A stretch of DNA of 64,000 bases. Source: Prorocentrum cordatum. Its lineage: Eukaryota. Location: positions 1 through 64,000 of the forward strand of contig CAUYUJ010000006.1 of the NCBI GenBank assembly GCA_963575745.1, given 5' to 3'. The notes beneath the pieces were generated by a model. The model was not told the origin of the DNA and made no database searches. It was given only the letters and a program-made list of their open reading frames with translations. Shown here in pieces: positions 46,486-59,160 of this stretch (positions are counted from its first letter, which is position 1; each line of letters starts with the position of its first letter). The translations under genes and the position numbers were made by a program.

Positions 46486-48160
46486 TGCGTTCGCATGCCT
46501 CCCCACCACCCATTTCCGCACACCCCTCACACGTTTCGTGGCCCCATAGGCGGCTCCACCGAAGGCCCCAGTGGCTGCGTTCGCATGCCTCCCCACCACC
46601 CATTTCGGCACACCCCTCACACGTTTCGTGGCCCCATAGGGAGCTCCACCGAAGGCCCCAGTGGCTGCGTTCGCCCCACCACCCATTTCGGCACACCCCT
46701 CACACGTTTCGTGGCCCCATAGGGAGCTCCACCGAAGGCCCCAGTGGCTGCGTTCGCATGCCTCCCCACCCCATTTCGGCACACCCCTCACACGTTTCGT
46801 GGCCCCATAGGGAGCTCCACCGAAGGCCCCAGTGGCTGCGTTCGCATGCCTCCCCACCACCCATTTCGGCACACCCCTCACACGTTTCGTGGCCCCATAG
46901 GGAGCTCCACCGAAGGCCCCAGTGGCTGCGTTCGCATGCCTCCCCACCACCCTCGGCACACCCCTCACACGTTTCGTGGCCCCATAGGGAGCTCCACCGA
47001 AGGCCCCAGTGGCTGCGTTCGCATGCCTCCCCCACCCATTTCGGCACACCCCTCACACGTTTCGTGGCCCCATAGGGAGCTCCACCGAAGGCCCCAGTGG
47101 CTGCGTTCGCATGCCTCCCCACCACCCATTTCGGCACACCCCTCACACGTTTCGTGGCCCCATAGGGAGCTCCACCGAAGGCCCCAGTGGCTGCGTTCGC
47201 ATGCCTCCCCACCACCCATTTCGGCACACCCCTCACACGTTTCGTGGCCCCATAGGGAGCTCCACCGAAGGCCCCAGTGGCTGCGTTCGCATGCCTCCCC
47301 ACCACCCATTTCGGCACACCCCTCACACGTTTCGTGGCCCCATAGGGAGCTCCACCGAAGGCCCCAGTGGCTGCGTTCGCATGCCTCCCCACCACCCATT
47401 TCGGCACACCCCTCACACGTTTCGTGGCCCCATAGGGAGCTCCACCGAAGGCCCCAGTGGCTGCGTTCGCATGCCTCCCCACCACCCATTTCGGCACACC
47501 CCTCACACGTTTCGTGGCCCCATAGGGAGCTCCACCGAAGGCCCCAGTGGCTGCGTTCGCATGCCTCCCCACCACCCATTTCGGCACACCCCTCACACGT
47601 TTCGTGGCCCCATAGGGAGCTCCACCGAAGGCCCCAGTGGCTGCGTTCGCATGCCTCCCCACCACCCATTTCGGCACACCCCTCACACGTTTCGTGGCCC
47701 CATAGGGAGCTCCACCGAAGGCCCCAGTGGCTGCGTTCGCATGCCTCCCCACCACCCATTTCGGCACACCCCTCACACGTTTCGTGGCACATGGAGCTCC
47801 ACCGAAGGCCCCAGTGGCAGGGTTCGTATGCCTGGGCGTTTTGTGGCCCCATAGGGAGCTCCACCGAAGGCCCCAGTGGCAGGGTTCGCATGCCTCCCCA
47901 CCACCCATTTCGGCACACCCCTCACACGTTTCGTGGCCCCATAGGGAGCTCCACCGAAGGCCCCAGTGGCTGCGTTCGCATGCCTCCCCACCACCCATTT
48001 CGGCACACCCCTCACACGTTTCGTGGCCCCATAGGGAGCTCCACCGAAGGCCCCAGTGGCAGGGTTCGCATGCCTCCCCATCACCCATTTCGGCACTCCC
48101 CAACACCCATTTCGGCACACCCCTCACACGTTTCGTGGCCCCATAGGGATCTCCACAGAA
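46486..48160. repeat. 90-bp tandem repeat array, about 18 units
   Basis: Unit CATAGGGAGCTCCACCGAAGGCCCCAGTGGCTGCGTTCGCATGCCTCCCCACCACCCATTTCGGCACACCCCTCACACGTTTCGTGGCCC recurs at 47071, 47161, 47251 ... 47701. Confidence 0.97.
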
Positions 48161-48339
48161 GGTCGGGGGGAGCTTGGCACTGGTATCCTTGCGGTACTCG
48201 CAGCTGCATATGGTTGGGTCCTTCGCCAGGTTATTTTTTTTGGGCGGGGGGTTATACGAAATCGGTTCCCCTGACGGTTTACCGCCGGCTTCCAGTCGCA
48301 CAAAGCCCAAAACATACTTGTTGCAAGTTTCTAAGCTGA

Positions 48340-48910
48340 GTACCTCGTAGAGCTCTTCCGCATCGATGAGCTAGATGAATTCCGGCGCGGGGTGGAGCTA
48401 GTTGGCTTATCCGGCCCGGGCGGACAATGTGTGAGGTTTGGGTCGGTAGGGCGATCATGGTGAGAGATTTGACTACTCGTGTCGGGAACCAGTATTTTTC
48501 GCACCTGTGGTGGGTTATGCCGCGTCTGCCTGTGAAATTCTCAGGTCCGTAGCTGCAGCATTACTATCAAATCACTTGTCTGGACCGTCGGCCGTCGGGA
48601 TGCATTTTTCCAGATGATCATGACTTCGTGAACTGAACTCACGCAGCAAGCAAGCTACACAACTCTGATTCGCACTTTTCGGATTCAGCAGGTTATGCCG
48701 CGTCTGCCTGTGAAATCCTCAGGTCCGTAGCTGCAGTATCACTATCAAATTACTGGCAGAACCGTCGCCGTCGGGATGCAATTTTCAGAATAAAAATTGT
48801 TTCGTCAACTGGGAGCCGGCGGTAAACCGTCAACCTTGGTTACCGCCGGGAACTCGTAGAACTTCCTTACGATATACATGAATTGCATGCGGGCGCGGCA
48901 ATCTCGCGTT
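48340..48910. mobile_element. B-like element (+) interrupted by a reverse A-like 3' end (48808-48867)
   Basis: TACCTCGTAGAGCTC at 48340; ACTGGGAGCCGGCGGTAAACCGTCAACCTTGGTTACCGCCGGGAACTCGTAG at 48808. Confidence 0.7.
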
Positions 48911-49139
48911 CCCCGTCATGGGGCCCGCCCGCCCGACCGCCCGTCCGGGCCCGCAGAGATGTCCCGCCCGCCCGACCAGCCCGTCGTGGTCGCCACGCGC
49001 GCGCGCCTGGCGGCGGCGCGCCCCGGGCGGTCACCGTCTCCCTCGCGCCCGGTCGCGCCGCGGGGCCTCCGCTCCGCTCGGGAGTGTGTGTGCGCCGCGC
49101 CTCGCGCTCTCGCCTCCCCCTCGTCCTTGTGCCGCTGCT

Positions 49140-50945
49140 CCCTGCGCGCTCAGTTCGGCGGGGTCGTGCGCGTCTCGTGGCCCCGCGGGGGTGTTCGACT
49201 CGCGGCCCCAGCGAGGGCGCCCACGTGGCCCCGCCGCCACCGTTCCGACAGACCTTGCCCGCGTCGCGCCTCGCGGCCCCAGGGATGTCCCGCGTGCGGC
49301 CCCGATGAGGGCGCCCGCGTGGCGGCGCTGCGCCCATGTCGGGACGGCTCTCGCACGTTTCGTGGCCTCATAGGGAGCTCCGCCGGCGGCCCAGGTGAGG
49401 GCCCCCGCAGCGCGGCGGCGCGCCCATTCCATGTCGGCGCGCCCCTTTCACGTCTCGTGGCCGCGTGGCGAACCTCGCCCACGGTTCAAGTGAGGACACC
49501 CGTGCGCCGCCACCGCTCCCATGTCGGCACGGTCCTCGCGCGCTTCGTGGGGCCCGAGCGTGGGCGCCCGTATGGGGCCGCCGCCTCCCTTTTGGCGCGC
49601 CCTCACGTCTCGTGGCCCAAGAGAGGGCGCCCGTATGGCGCCACCGCCTCAGTTTCGGCACGCCCCTGCACGTTTGTGGCCACGTGGCTCCGCCCATGGT
49701 CCAAGTGAGGGCGCCCGTGTGGCGGCACCGCACCTGCTTCGGCACTCCCGTTGCACGTTTCGTGGCCTCATAGAGGGATCCACCTACGGTCCGAGTGATG
49801 GCGCCCGCGCTGCACCTCCGCTCTATCTTGGCACACCGCTCACGCGTTTCGTGGTCCCATGGGCTCCACCCATGGCCCCAGTGAGGGCGCCCGCATCCGC
49901 ATGGCACCAACTTTTTTTCGGACACCGGTCACGATGACCAGGGCCACATAAGGAGCTCCATCTACGGTCCCAGTGAGGGCGCCCGTATGGCGGCATTGCG
50001 TCCATATCGGCACACCACTCCCACGTTTCGTGAGGCAGCTACGTATGCGGCATCCGTCGGTTTCGACGCATGGCAGCACCGCGCCCATGTCGGCGCACCC
50101 CTCACACGATTCGAAACGCAGGCGCTGCGTCCATGTCGGCACGCCCCCGTATGTTTCGCGGCGCCATTGTGAGTCTCACGTGCGGTTTCAGTGGGCGCCG
50201 ACGCATGGCGGGACCACCCCCGCTTTGACGTGCCCCTCACATGTTTCGTGCCCCGTAGGGAGTTCCGCCTGCGGTCAGGGTGGCCCCCGACGCATGGCGC
50301 CACCGCCCCAGTTTCGGCTCACCCTCAGGATACATGCGCCCCATAGCAGGGAGGTCCACCTACCTGCGGTCTCGTTCGGCGCCGTCGCGTGGCGCCACCG
50401 CCCCAAGTTCGACGCGCTCCTGACAGGGATCGCGGCCCTACGGGGAACTCCGCATGCAGGCGCAGTGGTAGAGTCCGCGTGTCGGCGCCGTCCGTGTCGG
50501 CGCCCCCATCTTGAGGATCGTGGCCCCATATGGGGGTTCCACTAATGGCCCCAGTGGCAGGGTCCGCATGGCGGCGCCGCCCATTTCGGTGCACCCCTCA
50601 CGAGGATCGTTGCCCCATACAGGCCCCGCCTACGGCCCCAGTGGCAAGGTCCGCGCGGCGGCGCCGCCCACCTGAGCGCACCCCTCACGAGAACCGCGCC
50701 CTCATGGGGAGCTCCACTTGGGGCCTCGGTGGGACGATTTGCATGCGTACTGTTGTTCGTTTTGGCACGCCCCTTACGCGAGCCTCACCATCGCCCCAAA
50801 GTAACATTTTGCATGCGATTTCGCCGCGCCGCCCACATGTTTCGCGCCCTTTTGGGGGGTCACCTGCGACCTCAGTGGGAAAACTTGCATGCGTTCTCCC
50901 CACCCATTCCCCACCCATTTTGGTTCATCCCTCACACGGATCGTG
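49140..50945. repeat. Degenerate array related to the 90-bp repeat
   Basis: Recurrent CACGTTTCGTGGCC, AGGGAGCTCC, GGCCCCAGTG and TTTCGGCAC at roughly the same spacing. Confidence 0.75.
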
Positions 50946-53090
50946 CACATCGAGGTCCGACACTTACATTAAGCTGCTGTCTCCAGCCAGCTCGCCAGGC
51001 TAGTTTGTTTCGCAGATTTTCCATGCTTGCTCCTCTTCCTTCCCCCGGTCCCGATCATCCTCCGCCCCTCTCCCTTTTCCCCCGTCGGCCTCGTAGTCGT
51101 TCCCTTCCTTCGGACAAGTCCTCCTTATGTGCGGGCCCGTGCTCCTTGCCCTCCCCTTCGCCCTTCTCGCTCCTTTTCCGCCTGCTCCTTCTCAGTCCAT
51201 CTCTCATTCGTATGTTTCCTTTTATCATTATCTTTTCTAGTCCTCCTAAACCTCCTCGTCCTCCCTCTTCTTTGAGCCTCGTTCTGCTCATTATTCTGTT
51301 CTCTCATGCCCGTCTCTTGCACGGCACTGTTCGATTTGTGAAAGGTATTGGCGGTCGGGTTCAGATGTCAGGCTTGGCACGAGCGCAACTAGCTCTTCTG
51401 TCCTCTCGATCTACCCTGCGTTGATCCATGCGCCCGCTCTTTTTTTCAACAAGGAAGAGGACGATGAGGGGCTGGAGGGAGAAGGGCGACGACGGGATGA
51501 TGCAAAGATGCGGATGAGTCGGAAGGAGGAGCAGGATGAGGATGTGGATGATGAGGCGGAAAACCTGTCGGCGGCATCGTTGCCATGGTGGAGAAGCGTC
51601 GCCCTCCTTTTCTCGCGCTTTGCATGCATCGCCCTGTTGCATGCGTGTCCTCCTTTCTGTTTCCCTGAGTGCCAGTCTGATGCGGGCTGGTAGTGCTCCT
51701 CCCAAAGTGGGTGGCAGGTGTCCCCCTTGAGTCATACAGTCGCTTGGCTTGCGATCTTCGTTTTTCATCGACGCATTCATATTCGCCTGGCGCTCCGCAT
51801 CCGCGCACTCAGGTTTCACCTGGGGATGTGTTGGAGTGGCAGCGGATGTTGCTAGACTAGGGTAGATCTATGCATGCCATGTGTCTACCACTCGAGGGAG
51901 GAGGCCACGCGCTTGCTGTTTTGCTTCTTTGTTGTCCTCGCAATCGTACCCTCGAGAGTCGCAAGTCATTCCCGTACATGTATGCATGGGGAGGGGCAGG
52001 AGTAGGTTCAGGGAACCGATGGGGGAAGGGGGGATTAGGGGCAGAAGAAACGAAACATCCTCCTCGTCCGTTCAGTCTCCCTTGGTGTCCGCTCCTGGGT
52101 GTGGCGACGATCAATATCGGAGCCAAACGCACTGCAATCAGGTCACGTACTGGCTTCCGCATCCAAGCACGGGGTGGAGGGCGATGGGGAGGATGACGAC
52201 GAGGAGGATGAACATTGGAGGGGGGAAAACCGCATTAGGCGGACCACGTGGCTGACCGTGATGAGAAGGAACGGCAGTAGGTGCGGGAAGGGAAACCGTT
52301 GCCAGCAGCGGGGTGATGTGATCGCTTCTTCGAAGCGGGTGCTGTGGTGCTGCAGGCCACCCGGCGTGGCGCGAAGAGGGACTCGCGCCTCGCGCCTCGC
52401 GGCCTGGGCCTTTTTGTTTAGAGGCCGCGGGAGAGTGCGAGGGGAACCGCGTTTCGCGCTTCGCGCAGGGCGAGGCGCAGCATTTCGTTACCTTTGTGCT
52501 CGTTGGATACATCGCGAAAAGCAGTGCTGGTTGCATATTTGGTTTTCCGATCCCATAGGGCGGTTCCCACCAGCAGCTCCTGCCCGCGTGCATGAAGCAT
52601 AGGTGTGCCTTCGTGTGCGAAGCGGGAGTGAACCACCGTTGCTCTTACCCCTCTCCCTCCCTCCCTCCTCTCTTCAGCCTCCTCTTCTTCGCTTCCTCCA
52701 TCCTTTTGCAAGTGCGCATGTAGAGAAGCAGCGTCGAACTTGCAAGACCAGCGCGACGCGCAAGTCCGAGCTCATACCTGTGTGTGCGAGTGTCCACAGG
52801 ATGCAACAAGCTGTCATACATGATACTGGAGGAGGGTACGGGCGAGGATGTGTGTAGTAAGACAGGCGTGTTCTTAATTGGATTGGTGCGGAGTCTTCGA
52901 AACCGGTATGGGTGCCTCTTTCCATTTTGTCTGAGATGAGTGCGTGCTCCCTCTTTATCCTCGCTCAGCTCCCCGTCCTGCTGGGACTTTCCTGTTTGTA
53001 CTGAATAAGTGCGAGCACGAGGACGTGCCAGACAGGCGAACACGAGTGGGTGCGCATTCTGCTTCTAAAGTGACTTGAAATTACTTGGAA

Positions 53091-53312
53091 TGTCGTGCAT
53101 ACAGGCACGATCTTACGTCCCATGAAGTGGGACCTAGTATGCGGGACTGTCGTGCGTACGGGCACAATGTTAGTTCCCACTACGTGAGACCCAGCATGCG
53201 GGATCGTCGTGCATATGGGCGCAACCTTTCGGTCCCATGACGTGGGACCCAGCATGTGGGAACGTCGTGCATACCGGCAAGAGCGTATGTCCTCTTAAGT
53301 GGGACCCAGCAG
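53091..53312. repeat. 57-bp tandem repeat, about 4 units
   Basis: GTCGTGC at 53092, 53149, 53206 and 53263; GTGGGACC recurs. Confidence 0.8.
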
Positions 53313-55072
53313 GGCTGGCATTTCCCAGTGCCTAGACTGTTGAGCGGTCGCATGGCAGTGGTTGCATTGACAATGGAGTTAATCTTAAACTTTCACCATT
53401 GATGGGGCACGAAACGGGAACACCTTACCCGTACCTTATCCGACAGCCGAGACAATCCTCATCTTCCTCCTCTTTCTTCTCTCTCTCCTCCTCGTCCTGG
53501 GCCTCCTCCTGGGATCGGGGGCCGGGGCCCTGAAGGATTCTAAACTACTCCTGCTGGTCACAACTGCATGAGCCTTGGAAACCCCCGTTGCGTCCTTAGG
53601 GCACGGCTGCGGATGTATGGGGGTCTTCGTGTCGTGTCGACGCGGCGGCGACCCCAGCGCGGATTTTTAAGGTTGAACGCCGCCAGTGGCCCATAACCGG
53701 CCAATACGGAACGATCTGGCGATCGAGAAGTTGCCGACGTTTCAAAGTTGAACGGATCCACGCGGTGTCAGAAGCGAACGCCAGAGTCGTCACGACACGA
53801 ATATGTCCGCGTGTTCTCCAGCATGCGCATGCACGTTTATTGCGTGATTCATCCTACATAGCCCTGTCGAGATCTGAATCTCTTGCAGAGTCTCCCGTAG
53901 CATTCTCAGTCGACTGCGAGGTTGCGGCGCACTGGTTTCAGATGCTTCGCGACGGTGAGAAGGCGGGTTTGCGGTTCTTTTTGATTGCTTTGCAGCACTC
54001 CCGGTTCCTCCCTCTTTTCAGTCGCCCACCTGGTATTTTTCCAAACCCTCCTGTGTTCCTGGGTCCTTGTTTTTAATCCATTGAGCCGCTCTCCACGGTA
54101 CCTCCGCTTCTTCATCCTTCCTCCAACCCTCCTGTGTCGTGGTGTTCTCGTTTCGAATCCACATCGCCACTCGTCTCACCTCACTCTGCGGGCTCCTCCT
54201 CTTGCTGCTCTTCCTGCCTGTGCTCTCCGCACGTCCTTTTCCGCAGCCCCCTCATACAGATCAGCTCCACCCAATGCCCCACTGAGGGCGCCTACATGCG
54301 TTCCCCCGCCCCTTTTGGCACTTCCTCACACGATTCGTGTCTCCCACAGGGAGCTCCACCTACGGCTCACCTTCCCGTTATCCTCCCCGTCAAGTTCCTC
54401 AACTATGCTTGCCCAGACGGTCCTCATTGTTTATCCGAGAGCTTCTTCACGACTGGCGCCCCAGGCCAGTGCCCGTCCCGTGCACCTCCGTGAGCCTCGC
54501 GAGCGTGCCAGTCCGATCCTGGTGCACTTCGCGATGCCAGCGCTCTAGCCAGGAAGATTACTCCAAGCGTGGTGGCTCGCCTTCGAAACACACAGACTCG
54601 CCAGCGTCGTCGGCTGGAAGCTCACTGCGAGCGTGCCAGCTCGCATGTTTTCAGCGAACTTCGCGTCGCCAGCGCTGTCGAACATTCGTGGCTGACAAGC
54701 TCACTCCGAACGTCCCGTCTGTCTCCCGGCAGCCAGCGGGTTGAAAGTGAAGGCGGCGTTTAGTTCGAGCGTGCGGGCTGGCTTCTTGTGCACTTTGCGT
54801 TGCCAGCTTTCTGGCCGGGAAGCTCATCCCCCAAGCGTGATGCTGCACATCGTGTTGCCAGCGTTGAACATTCCTCCTCTTTCGGGTCTTCCTACTTACC
54901 TAACTTCCGCAGCCTTCGTCTCTCGTGCGTCTCTCTCCGTCCTCCCTCAGCCTCTTCCGTGCTCCGTGCTCTCTCCTGCCTCGCCCCCTCCCTGTTCCCT
55001 CCTGCTTTGCCCCTTCGTCCCTCTCGTGGTCGGGCGAGGGCTGCGAGCGGGAGAAGAAGGGGAGGAGCGAGA

Positions 55073-55156
55073 ATGATGATGAGGAGGAGGAGGAGGCCGG
55101 ACGAGGGGGATGTTCCAGGGAGGGAGGAAAGGGATAAGGGATGATGAGCGAGGGGG

Positions 55157-55190
<34 letters not shown>

Positions 55191-55242
55191 GGAGGAGGAG
55201 GAGGAGGAGGAGGAGGAGGAGGAGGAGGATCAGGAGGAGGGG
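55073..55242. repeat. (GAT)n(GAG)n microsatellite
   Basis: Seen directly in the sequence. Confidence 0.95.
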
Positions 55243-56886
55243 ACTAGCCGGGTGCGCTCGGGTCATATCTGACGTCTTACCCCTTCCTCCCATCCCTTAC
55301 AATTGCGCAGAGCCCCTCTCTACTCGCACGGGCTGATGTCGAAGAGGGAAACATCCCTCAAGGGTACGCGATGCGCAAGATGGTGTAGCCTTGCGTAGTC
55401 GAGCAGTTCATAGCATAGCATTGCATCGCAAGGCATGACATCGCATAGTGGTGTCTAACACAACATAGCATGGTATGCCACTGCATGGCATGACACTTCG
55501 TAACCCAGCGTTGAATATCACAGTTGCAGAGCAACGGCGTGCCATCTCATACGAGCGGCACATGACATATCATTGCATTGCATACCATTGCTGCGTGGAA
55601 AGGTGCAGCCAGAAACCATGGTGGAGGACTAACAATGTGGAGATGAGGTCTGTGTAGACTGGAATGGCCGAAATTGCGCAAACGAGGCCATCGCAGCAGC
55701 GGGAGCACCATTCGGAAGGACCGATTTCGCAGAAGCAAGACCATCGCAGCGGGAGTACCAGTCGGAAGGACCGAAACTATGGCAGTGAGACCAGCGCCGC
55801 AGCCGGAACACGATCTTGAAGGATCAGAGCCCCACACATGAGGCCACCGCTTCGACGGGAACATCATTCTGAATGGCCGAAAGCGATCGGATGGGAACAA
55901 CTGTTTAGTCTGTGCATCTTCGACTAGGTTAGGGGAGAGCTGGGAGCATCGTGCTCGCCAGCTTGGTCTCGCAGCCTTGGGAGGCCCCAGCGCGGTGCTT
56001 CGGTGGGCCCGCGCGGGCCTGAAGCGCGCGCCCCCGGCAGGGCGCGCGATGTGGGCCGGCCACGGTATCCTATGGCTGTGCGCCGGCCTGGCTGGCCGAA
56101 CCGCGGTGTGGCCTCCCGTGCTCCGGGAGGGTGGCCGAGCCTGGGGACTCCGCGACTTCCTCGGGGTCGCCCCTGGCCCCCCTGCCCGAAGCCACGTTTC
56201 TGGGAGGCGCGGCCCGGGCCCCAGCGGGGGGGGGTGGGTGGGTGGGCCGGCAGAGGGGCAGGGCCGTGTCTGTGGACCCCCTGCGTCCCCGAGCGCCAGC
56301 GGCAGGGGGCGGGGTGCGCGGCGAGCAGCCCCGCCCACCAAGCTGGCCCGAGCTCCGTGGGGCGCCTGGGGCGGGGCCGAGCCTGGCCGCCCGCCCTCTT
56401 AGCCGGCGGCGGGAGAGGCGCGGGTCCGGCCTGCGTCGCCGCTGCCCCCCACCTTGACCATTGACTCTGGGGCCGATGACGGCCGGGCCACACGGTGGGG
56501 CGCCTGGGCTCCGGAGTGGGCTGTCGGACGGGCCATGGGGAGAGCTTCGGCCCAAACGCCGACGGGACCGCCGTGCCCAAAGGTGCGCCCCACCACCCGG
56601 CAGAGGGGGCGCTGGAGCTACGTGCGCTGGGCCTGGCACTTGCATGGGCACCTGGGTTCCGGGGACGGTTCAGTGCACCGAGTCGTAGCTGTGCGCTCTC
56701 CACCGACGGGGGGATGGTTCGGGGAGACGGTCCACAAGCTGTCGTTCTCAGTTTCCAATTGGGCGCCCCTGGTGGAGCACCACGATGTGCTGCATCACGA
56801 TGGCCATCATCACCTTCCTGTACGCTACCCTGGCCTACTGCGTCAACACGGTGCCGGTTCCTCTCGCGTGGTGCGGGAGATCGGAG

Positions 56887-57043
56887 GGCACCAACTATAC
56901 ACCAACACCGATCCTGGCCCAGGATCACCCTGGGCCCAGGATCGGTGTATATACCTTCTTGCGCAAGGCAGGAGGGCGTATACACCGATCCTGGGCCCAG
57001 GGTGATCCTGGGCCAGGATCGGTGTTGGTGTATAGTTGGTGCC
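56887..57043. repeat. Perfect inverted repeat with 65-bp arms and 27-bp spacer (MITE/foldback-like)
   Basis: 56887-56951 is the reverse complement of 56979-57043. Confidence 0.9.
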
Positions 57044-57206
57044 TTTCTAGGAGAGGCCTCCGCTGGATCTGGGGCCAGCCTGCGCGGTGCTGCTGGCGGG
57101 CGCCCCCAGGCCCCGCCGCGCGCTCTCCCCCGCCTCCGCCTCCGCTTCGCGTTCGCTGGCGAGGGCCCGGCGTGGACGGGGATAAGGATGCGAACTGCCA
57201 CCAGAG

Positions 57207-57244
57207 GTGTGTATGTATGTGTATGTATGTGTATCTGTGTATCT

Positions 57245-57291
<47 letters not shown>

Positions 57292-57309
57292 GGTGCGTGC
57301 GTGCGTTCG

Positions 57310-57346
<37 letters not shown>

Positions 57347-57381
57347 GCGTGGTGTGTGTATATGTATGTGTCTGTGCGTGC
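57207..57381. repeat. (TG)n/(TGCG)n/(TGTA)n microsatellite
   Basis: Seen directly in the sequence. Confidence 0.95.
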
Positions 57382-57799
57382 AGAAGATCATGCACGTGGC
57401 CCAGGTGAAATGTGACTCCACCAGCTGTTGGCGCCCTGGACCAGCATGGGCTCAACGTCCGGGTGAGCGAGGTGCTCACTTGCACCTGTCGCCAGCGGTG
57501 TCAAAACCTGGTCGCCTTGCGCCTGCGCCCGCCCGGTGCGCGTGGATCAGTGCGCCGCGATCGACCGCTCGCAGATCGTCCATCTAGCGGAGCATGCCCA
57601 GAGTTTTTTACATGTATTGTTCGGGTCGGCTGGTGCAACACCCATGGGGGGGCTCTGGTGGACCCTGCATCGGCGGGCTGCTCGCCTGATGCTGCCGATC
57701 GAGGACGGAGCGCTTTATCAGCGAGACGGCGGGTCCGCGCACGCTGGCCCCCGAGCTTGAAAGCGAGCCGTAGGACGAGGATCGTCCCTGCTTCGCCGG

Positions 57800-59160
57800 C
57801 AAGGTGGCGGTGCAGCTGGCACGGGGCGCCCACCCCCGCCAGCCTGAAGGCTGTGGCGATCGGGGCCTGGCGGGGTCCGCTGCGCGACTCGACGAGAACG
57901 CGCTGGTGTCCGAGGCCGACGCCTTCATGCATCTGCCTTTGTGCGCATCGTGTTCAGATGTATCGGCCCGCCTGGGTCGGACAAACGTGCGGCCTAGTTG
58001 CCTGCCGCCGCGTGGCGCAGGGCTCCAGTGGAGGAGCCCCCACGTGCATCGCGCAGCTGCAGTGCAGTGCTGGCCGATGCCTGGTCCGCGCGGTGGCAGC
58101 TGGCGAGCCCGGCCTCCAGGCTGGACTTGGGCGGTGCCGACGGCGGGGGGCGGTCGATTGGACCGTGCGCGCGCGCGAGGGGGGTCGCCCCAGAGGAGGC
58201 TGACCCTGGGGCCGCTGGCATGACCGTGCCCCGCCCGCCGGTGGCGCGGGCGACTGATGGGGTGGCTTTTGCGGACGCGCCGGGTACGATGTGGCTCGTC
58301 CGCAGCGGGCAGGGGTTCCATCTCGCCCGGCTGAAGAGGCGGCCCCTCCCGCAGCGAGAGGAAAGCGAGCGTGCTCCGCCGACGTGGGCGAGGGCGCCCA
58401 CCTGGCGGGCCCCAACGCCCGGCGCTGGAATCGCCATTGGGTGCAGGAGCGTTTCTTCGTCAGGGAGCGCGCTGGCTTTATCGCGGGGGCGCCAGATCAT
58501 CGGACCTGGTTTGTCCTGCCTGTCGTTGGCGCGTGGAGCGACGCCAGCGGCCCCTGGCGGGGCCCCGCTCGGCCATCGAGCTCGCCTCCGCCGGGGCGGA
58601 GGTCCCAGGTCCCGTCGAGGAGGTCGTGCGCTGCCCCACCCCATGGGGGGCCGTTGACAGATAGACCCAGTGTGGAGCAACCGGCTGCTCTGCGAGGTAC
58701 ACGTAGAGCGACGCGAGGCGGGCGCGCGGGCGGGGGTCGCCTTCCGCATCTCCGCCAGCGCGCGGGCGCGCCTCGCAGAGAGGGGCAGCTCGGGCATCGC
58801 GGGCCACGGCGATCTCTCCGCGCGCCAGTGGGAGCAGCTGACGGTGTGCTGCGCTGTGCTCCTGGGTGGGCGCGCTCCTCGGCGCCCTGTTCACAGACCC
58901 TGCGAGGTGCGCCGGGGGTCGCGTGTGGGAGGTCGAGGGCGGATCCTTGCGGTGGTGGGGTCCCTCTGCCTGGTCGCGCAGGCAGCCGGGCGCGGGCTGG
59001 GTTGGCGCCGGCTGATATTGCCCAACGCGACCGACGGCCGCGCCGTCAGCCTCGGACTGCGGCGTCGACGGGATGCTGGAGCTGGGGATGCTGGAGCTTC
59101 GCTCCACGTCCCGTCTGATCGACGGCCTCTACCCGCGACCCTACCAGGACGAGCTGGCAG
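57800..59160 (+). pseudogene. Decayed RT-RNase H of a probable DIRS-like retrotransposon
   Basis: Across frames, in the expected order: EADAFMHLPL (motif A-like), PPGWTWAV (LPMGWxWA-like), VAFADA (decayed YxDD position), LILPNATDGRAVSLGL and LHVPSD (RNase H-like). Confidence 0.4.

Noticed and set aside
46375..48339. Long ORFs of 531 and 536 aa
   Set aside because: They are readings of a 90-bp repeat that is open in several frames on both strands.
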